Shown piece after piece: positions 35,043 to 39,696 of a stretch of DNA of 39,696 bases. The notes beneath the pieces are model-generated. The model was given only the letters and a program-made list of their open reading frames with translations, was not told the origin of the DNA and ran no database searches. Every line of letters starts with the position of its first letter. The first letter of the stretch is position 1. A program made the translations under genes and the position numbers. Origin of the DNA: a virus. Lineage: Duplodnaviria; Caudoviricetes. The DNA is taken from positions 1 through 39,696 of the IMG/VR virus record IMGVR_UViG_3300043596_000015. One strand, 5' to 3'.

Positions 35043-35551
35043 CTTTCAAGGACGGGGCCACCCTCGGCTCCTTCGTGCTCGGCCTCTTCCTGGTCGTGCT
35101 CAACATCGGTACCTGGTGGCCGACCCGCAAGCAGCTCACCAAGGACCCCCTTGGCTGTGCGATCGGCATCCTGCCCTTCCTGTCCGGCTACTGCTACGGC
35201 GTGCTCCTGCTGCTCTGTGGCGGCCTGCTGGGGTGGTTCGGGGACGCGATCCTGTGGGGCGGCGGCTGGCTCGGTGACGGGGCCCTGATCTGGGGTGTCG
35301 GCGGCCATCGTGCTTCGGTGCAGAACGCGTCCGTCCTGGCCCTGACGAACGGCGGGCTGGCCATGGTGCTGGTCTTCACCGCGATCGTCGTGGTGGTGAT
35401 GCGGCGCCGGGAAGCGGTCCGCTCGGCGATGCGACAGGGCATCCTGGCCGGCATCCTGACCGGCCTGGTGCGGGGCTACCTGGGCCTGCTGGCTGTGCCT
35501 CTCGCGTCGGCCGCGAACATGTCGGGTATCTGGCTGCCGGGGTCGTCGTGA
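35039..35551 (+). CDS. Multi-pass membrane protein
   Basis: Gly-rich hydrophobic helices; ATGA coupling. Confidence 0.7.
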   Translation: MTFKDGATLGSFVLGLFLVVLNIGTWWPTRKQLTKDPLGCAIGILPFLSGYCYGVLLLLCGGLLGWFGDAILWGGGWLGDGALIWGVGGHRASVQNASVLALTNGGLAMVLVFTAIVVVVMRRREAVRSAMRQGILAGILTGLVRGYLGLLAVPLASAANMSGIWLPGSS

Positions 35552-35820
35552 GAGCGCCGTGGCGCTGGCAGTGGCACCGGATCGTGGGGCTGATGCTCCT
35601 CTGGTCCGGTGCCACTGCCGTCTGCTGGTACGCGCCGATCCTCTGGCTCGCGGTCGCGGGGTGGGTTGTGTGCTGGCTGCACTCAACCCCGCTCCCCCAC
35701 CGGGTTCCGGCCCCTCTTATCCGCGAAGAGGCTGGTCACAGCGTTGAGTCGAAGTACGGCGGGGCGCAGATCACGGTCACGGTTCACGCCGAGCGCCGGT
35801 CGTACCGCACCAAGGGTTGA
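35548..35820 (+). CDS. Small membrane protein
   Basis: Trp-rich hydrophobic N-terminus; GTGA coupling. Confidence 0.5.
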   Translation: MRAPWRWQWHRIVGLMLLWSGATAVCWYAPILWLAVAGWVVCWLHSTPLPHRVPAPLIREEAGHSVESKYGGAQITVTVHAERRSYRTKG

Positions 35821-35855
35821 CGCGATCGCACCATAGGGTGTCTACTAGAGACATC
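35814..35855 (+). promoter_or_regulatory. 42-bp promoter/operator repeat, copy 3
   Basis: GGGTTGACGCGATCGCACCATAGGGTGTCTACTAGAGACATC. Confidence 0.85.
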
Positions 35856-35882
35856 AGCCGGGGACGACGAAAGGTCAAGATC

Positions 35883-36107
35883 ATGACGGACGGACAGCGG
35901 ATCGCGGAGCAACTGAAGGCAAAGGCCGAGCACAAGGCGGACGGCTCCCGACTGCTGGCTCAGGTTCAGCGGTACTGGCCCAGCGGGACGGACGAGTACA
36001 ACTGCGAGGCCATCCGGGACGCCCTGATGGAGCGAGGCATCAAGAGCGTCGGGGAGTGCGGAGGCGGCCACCTGATGGAGGATCTCGCATCCCGCAACAG
36101 GCGCTGA
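35883..36107 (+). CDS. 74-aa hypothetical protein
   Basis: MTDGQRIAEQLK..., directly after the repeat; followed by hairpin 36113-36134. Confidence 0.65.
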   Translation: MTDGQRIAEQLKAKAEHKADGSRLLAQVQRYWPSGTDEYNCEAIRDALMERGIKSVGECGGGHLMEDLASRNRR

Positions 36108-36139
36108 TCGAAGGGGGCCGGGAGACCGGCCCCCGCCAG

Positions 36140-36181
36140 GGGTTGACGCGATCGCACCACATGGTGTCTACTAGAGACATC
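36140..36181 (+). promoter_or_regulatory. 42-bp promoter/operator repeat, copy 4
   Basis: Identical to copy 2; shares the extension AGCCGGGGACGA with copy 3. Confidence 0.85.
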
Positions 36182-36208
36182 AGCCGGGGACGAAACACAG
36201 GAGTGATC

Positions 36209-36472
36209 ATGAACCTCACCGCCAGCCAGATCGCAGAGATCACCGCCAAGGTCGCAGCCAACACGCAGCCCACCAAGGTCACCCTGGACGGAACGTCCTA
36301 CCCCGTCCCCTACCGGTTCGTCGCCGGAATCAAGGCCAGCCGCCGGGCGGGCCGCATCGACGGAAGCCGGGGTCAGGCAATGAGGACGCTGGCGGAACTG
36401 CACCGGGGCCTGGCGGACGCGCTGAGCATCACCCGCACGGATGCCCGCCGGATCGCCCAGCGGATCAGGTAG
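36209..36472 (+). CDS. 87-aa basic hypothetical protein
   Basis: MNLTASQIAEIT..., RBS aggag; followed by hairpin 36489-36517. Confidence 0.65.
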   Translation: MNLTASQIAEITAKVAANTQPTKVTLDGTSYPVPYRFVAGIKASRRAGRIDGSRGQAMRTLAELHRGLADALSITRTDARRIAQRIR

Positions 36473-36552
36473 TCGCCTCAGCTCCGCCGCCCCCGTCCTC
36501 CACCAGGAGGCGGGGGCAGAGGCAGTAGAAGACGACGACAAGGGGACGCACC

Positions 36553-36699
36553 ATGTGCGACGTACTGCACCAGATGGAGACAGACGAGGACGCGGCATTC
36601 ACCGAGGCGGCACGCTGCCACCCGGACTGCTGCTCCACCGACGCGGACTACCCGACGTGGACGCCGGACCAGGGGTGCCGGAAGGTGGCCGGAGCATGA
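36553..36699 (+). CDS. 48-aa Cys-rich protein
   Basis: MCDVLHQMETDED...CHPDCC...*, RBS aagggg. Confidence 0.45.
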   Translation: MCDVLHQMETDEDAAFTEAARCHPDCCSTDADYPTWTPDQGCRKVAGA

Positions 36700-36764
36700 G
36701 CGGGCACGACGGTGGGACGTACTGCGGCAAGTGCGGCTGGTGGACGAAGGGATGCGGTCACTGA
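36696..36764 (+). CDS. 22-aa CxxC peptide
   Basis: MSGHDGGTYCGKCGWWTKGCGH*, overlaps both neighbours. Confidence 0.4.
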   Translation: MSGHDGGTYCGKCGWWTKGCGH

Positions 36765-37030
36765 TGAGCGTCACAGACGGGATGCTGGCGCTGGTGGACG
36801 GGCTGGCCATGGAGCTCGGCATCGGACGGCACGGTGACCGGATGCCGAGCCTGAGGTTCACACCGGAGCAGATCCGCGCCCTTCAGGCAATCATCGACCA
36901 GGCGCGCCGGGAAGCGGCGGCCGAGATCCGGTCAGCGAACTTCGGTGACCCCTACTACGTGGGGTTTGGTCAGCGTGCGGCGGCCGACCTGATCGACCCG
37001 GACATCGAGGGGGACGACGATGCCGCGTGA
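36764..37030 (+). CDS. Hypothetical protein
   Basis: MSVTDGML...AADLIDPD; TGATG coupling. Confidence 0.6.
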   Translation: MSVTDGMLALVDGLAMELGIGRHGDRMPSLRFTPEQIRALQAIIDQARREAAAEIRSANFGDPYYVGFGQRAAADLIDPDIEGDDDAA

Positions 37031-37214
37031 GCAGTGGGAGAAGAGCACGTTCGGCGGGACCCGCCGCCCGCCCCGTGACCCCCAGCGCGGGCACAGCAAG
37101 CGCGAGGTCATGGACAAGCGGTACTTCGACAACGAGCCGAGCACAGGCTGCGGCGGGATCTTCCTGCTCCTGATGTGCGTGCTCGGCAGCATCCTCGCGG
37201 CGGTGCTCTCATGA
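37020..37214 (+). CDS. Small protein with C-terminal TM segment
   Basis: GCGGIFLLLMCVLGSILAAVLS C-terminus. Confidence 0.5.
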   Translation: MPREQWEKSTFGGTRRPPRDPQRGHSKREVMDKRYFDNEPSTGCGGIFLLLMCVLGSILAAVLS

Positions 37215-37426
37215 CCGAACGCGTAGTCGAGTACCGCATCAGCCCCCTGGTCGACGGATGGATGACCGAGGACAAGGCAGTAGCCACGCTCAAGGCGTGG
37301 GGCTCGGTCAAGCACGGTGCACCGACCGTCAGCATCACCAAGCGCACCATCACGGACGGCAACGACACCGCAGTCGCAACCACCCCCGTCTACCCGGAAC
37401 AAGACTGGGAGTACCGGATAGACTGA
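37211..37426 (+). CDS. Hypothetical protein
   Basis: MTERVVEYRISP...; ATGA coupling. Confidence 0.55.
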   Translation: MTERVVEYRISPLVDGWMTEDKAVATLKAWGSVKHGAPTVSITKRTITDGNDTAVATTPVYPEQDWEYRID

Positions 37427-37449
37427 CGCCGTTGCGTCCCCGCAATACG

Positions 37450-37483
37450 AAACCCCACCCGCCTCTGCCTCGGGTGGGGTTTC
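37450..37483 (+). terminator. Terminator hairpin
   Basis: gaaaccccacc / ggtggggtttc. Confidence 0.7.
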
Positions 37484-37524
37484 TGCGTACCCTGTGGACA
37501 CAGCAACTACATGAAGGGGGACGC

Positions 37525-38370
37525 ATGACCAAGACAGGGCCACAGAAGTACCCAGGGGCCAGCCTCACGTACTGGTACGGCTCCAAGTACCCGGGCGACT
37601 CGATGGAGTCCAACGTCGTCGTGTGGCACACCACAGAGGGCCGCACCCTGCCGAGCTACAACGGCGGGAGCGAGGCGCCCAACTTCACGGCGCTCCCCGA
37701 CTTCGCAGCCAAGAAGCTGCGCTGGTACCAGCACTTCGACTTTGATACGTCCTCCCGCGCGCTCGTGAACAAGGCCGGGGGCGTCGAGACGAACACGCTC
37801 AACGCCGTACAGATCGAACTCGTCGGCACGTGCGACCCCGCCACCCATCAGGAGTGGGCCGGCAAGGAACACCTGTACACGCCGAACCTGCCCACATGGG
37901 TGATCGAGCAGCTCGGCGACTTCGCCGCATGGGCCAACGCCAACCACGGCGTACCGCTCACCTCCGGCGTCACCTTCCGCCCGTACCCGTCCAGCTACGG
38001 CAACAGCCCGGTGCGCATGACCAGCGCCCAGTGGGAAGGCTTCAAGGGACACTGCGGGCACCAGCACGTACCCGAGAACGACCACGGCGACCCCGGGGCC
38101 TTCCCGATCGCCGCCATCCTGTCCGCCGCCAAGGGGACCGACAACACAGGAGACACCACCGTGGCCAACCCGACTGCCAAGGAAGTGTGGCTGTACAAGG
38201 GCCAGGACGAGACGAGCGACGTCTACGCCTACGTCCGCAACACCAAGAGGGTCGCCGATGACATCGATGACCGGGTCGCCGCGCTCACCCTTCTGGCCGC
38301 GCAGCAGCAGACCACGCTCAACGCACTCATGGCGTTGCTCAAGGTGGTCTCGTCCAAGCTGGACGCATGA
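37525..38370 (+). CDS. Endolysin, N-acetylmuramoyl-L-alanine amidase (Amidase_2-like)
   Basis: VWHTTEG, VQIELVG and GHQHVPENDHGDPG Zn-binding motifs. Confidence 0.88.
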   Translation: MTKTGPQKYPGASLTYWYGSKYPGDSMESNVVVWHTTEGRTLPSYNGGSEAPNFTALPDFAAKKLRWYQHFDFDTSSRALVNKAGGVETNTLNAVQIELVGTCDPATHQEWAGKEHLYTPNLPTWVIEQLGDFAAWANANHGVPLTSGVTFRPYPSSYGNSPVRMTSAQWEGFKGHCGHQHVPENDHGDPGAFPIAAILSAAKGTDNTGDTTVANPTAKEVWLYKGQDETSDVYAYVRNTKRVADDIDDRVAALTLLAAQQQTTLNALMALLKVVSSKLDA

Positions 38371-38681
38371 GTACGGCTACCGACCCGTCGCAGCCGACGG
38401 TCTTCGAGATGATCCGCACCGTGTCCCGGCAGCTCGACACGCAGGCCCAGACCACCGCCCGCATCGAAGGCGCGCTCGCCACAATGGTCACGCAGGAGCA
38501 GCGAAGATCCGACATGGAGCTGGTGGCCCAGCGCTTCAACCACGTCGAGGGAGACCAGGCCGCGAGTGACTCCCGGATCACCTGGTGGTCACGGGCAGGC
38601 ATGACCGGTCTCGGCTTCCCCGTCATCGTCGGTGCCATCATGTGGATAACGGGCGCGTCCATCTCGATGCCGCCCACGTAG
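38367..38681 (+). CDS. Coiled-coil protein with C-terminal TM segment (lysis accessory or holin-like)
   Basis: Follows the endolysin; single hydrophobic C-terminal segment. Confidence 0.55.
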   Translation: MSTATDPSQPTVFEMIRTVSRQLDTQAQTTARIEGALATMVTQEQRRSDMELVAQRFNHVEGDQAASDSRITWWSRAGMTGLGFPVIVGAIMWITGASISMPPT

Positions 38682-38693
38682 GAAGGAGGGGAC

Positions 38694-39170
38694 GTGAGCG
38701 ACGAACACATCTGGACGATCCGCCCCGGCGAGACCGCGAAGGCGTACCAGGCGTTCCGCACGTACATGCTTCAGGGCAGCGAGCGCTCCCTGGACAGGAC
38801 CCGCATCGCACTCGGCATGGCCAGCGACTCCCAGCTCGGCAACTGGTCATCCAAGAAGCTGTGGAACTGGCAGGAGCGGGTGGCCGCGTACGACAGCTAC
38901 GTCACCAAAGCAGAGGTCGACGGCTACGCCGAAGACATGGCGAACGTCCGCAGCTACCACATGGAGATCACGCAGGATCTTCTGGTCCATCTCCACAGCA
39001 ACCTGAAGATGCTCAAGCCGGGGCAGGACCCGTCCATCCGGTGGACGCAGGCTCTGGCCGTGGCGCTCAAGTCGCAGCAACAGGCATTGCAGTTGCGGGT
39101 GGAGACGGACAAGCCGAACGGCGTCATGGAGAAGATCGAGGAATACCTCCGGAAGCTTGAGGCGGAATGA
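38694..39170 (+). CDS. Terminase small subunit (putative)
   Basis: GET.KAY.AF..Y......RSL...W....W.ER..AYD HTH-like pattern, directly upstream of terL. Confidence 0.75.
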   Translation: MSDEHIWTIRPGETAKAYQAFRTYMLQGSERSLDRTRIALGMASDSQLGNWSSKKLWNWQERVAAYDSYVTKAEVDGYAEDMANVRSYHMEITQDLLVHLHSNLKMLKPGQDPSIRWTQALAVALKSQQQALQLRVETDKPNGVMEKIEEYLRKLEAE

Positions 39171-39696
39171 TCAGCCGGGCGCAGCTCGCCGGCCTCGACA
39201 CCGCCTCGCTCTCCAAGGTGGCCGAGACGCTGGAACAGATGGTGCAGGCGCGCGAGAGCGGGCGTGTGCCGTGGCTGTGCTCGAAGAAGGACTGTGACGG
39301 GTCCCCACACCCCGGCAGGCCGGGCCCCCACGCCCGGCCCGCTCAGCGGCTCCCCGGCAACGACACCGAATACGATCAGCTGCTGGCCCTCGCGGGCCGT
39401 GGCTTCGGCAAGACACGCACAGGCGCGGAGTGGGCATGGCGTCTGGCCCGCGACCTTGAGCGCGGCGCTCTCGTCGGGCCCACGGCGGCCGACACCCGGG
39501 ACATCATGGTCGAGGGCGAGTCGGGTCTCCTGGCGTGCGCCCCGCCCACCTTCCGCCCCGTGTACGAGCCGTCCAAGCGCAAGCTGACCTACCCCAACGG
39601 TGCGATCCAGATGCTCTACTCGGCCGACGAGCCGGACCGCATCCGAGGACCGCAGCACCACTACGCGTGGGCAGATGAGCTGGCCGCGTGGCGGCG
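39167..39696 (+). CDS. terL: Terminase large subunit, 5' part (continues at position 1)
   Basis: MISRAQLA..., Walker A AGRGFGKT, VEGESG; in frame with 1-1001 across the overlap. Confidence 0.92.
   Translation, partial: MISRAQLAGLDTASLSKVAETLEQMVQARESGRVPWLCSKKDCDGSPHPGRPGPHARPAQRLPGNDTEYDQLLALAGRGFGKTRTGAEWAWRLARDLERGALVGPTAADTRDIMVEGESGLLACAPPTFRPVYEPSKRKLTYPNGAIQMLYSADEPDRIRGPQHHYAWADELAAWR
39570..39696. repeat. 127-bp terminal repeat (copy of 1-127)
   Basis: Exact match. Confidence 0.95.

Noticed and set aside
31372-36181. 42-bp repeats as a CRISPR array or att sites
   Set aside because: The copies are dispersed, separated by whole genes, and contain a -35 box; there are no cas genes or integrase.
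39570-39696. 127-bp terminal repeat as a biological direct terminal repeat
   Set aside because: The length matches a common assembler k-mer and the repeat falls in the middle of terL, so an assembly overlap is the simpler explanation.

Overview
The window is an apparently complete, circularly permuted genome of a high-GC, long-tailed actinobacteriophage, most likely infecting Streptomyces (inferred from GC content, HrdB-type promoters and Streptomyces-plasmid-like membrane genes). Bases 1-127 are repeated exactly at 39570-39696, which gives a unit length of about 39,569 bp and splits the terminase large subunit across the junction. The + strand virion operon (about 38.7 kb through 20.8 kb) runs terminase, DUF1360 protein, portal, MuF, protease, separate hexamer and pentamer capsid proteins, tail genes, tape measure, minor tails and holin. 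A - strand block (20.9-26.5 kb) encodes an SSB-like protein, an RNA-only locus, a zinc-knuckle exonuclease, an SF2 helicase and a LuxR-type HTH protein. A + strand block encodes MerR and RHH regulators, a 1356-aa primase-helicase-PolA fusion, an Hjc resolvase, a lipoprotein, plasmid-like membrane proteins, an HNH endonuclease and an endolysin. I found no integrase or cI-like repressor. Four features stand out. (1) A ~570-nt promoter-driven RNA locus contains an aberrant class II tRNA (CUA or shortened GCU anticodon loop), a second tRNA-like module and a highly structured ~230-nt domain. (2) An 88-89 bp palindromic origin-like element occurs twice, once inside the polymerase gene. (3) Four copies of a 42-bp promoter/operator repeat define small-gene cassettes. 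(4) A DUF2637-like membrane/HTH gene is densely loaded with a GCAC-core DNA motif. All calls come from reading the sequence; no database searches were run.
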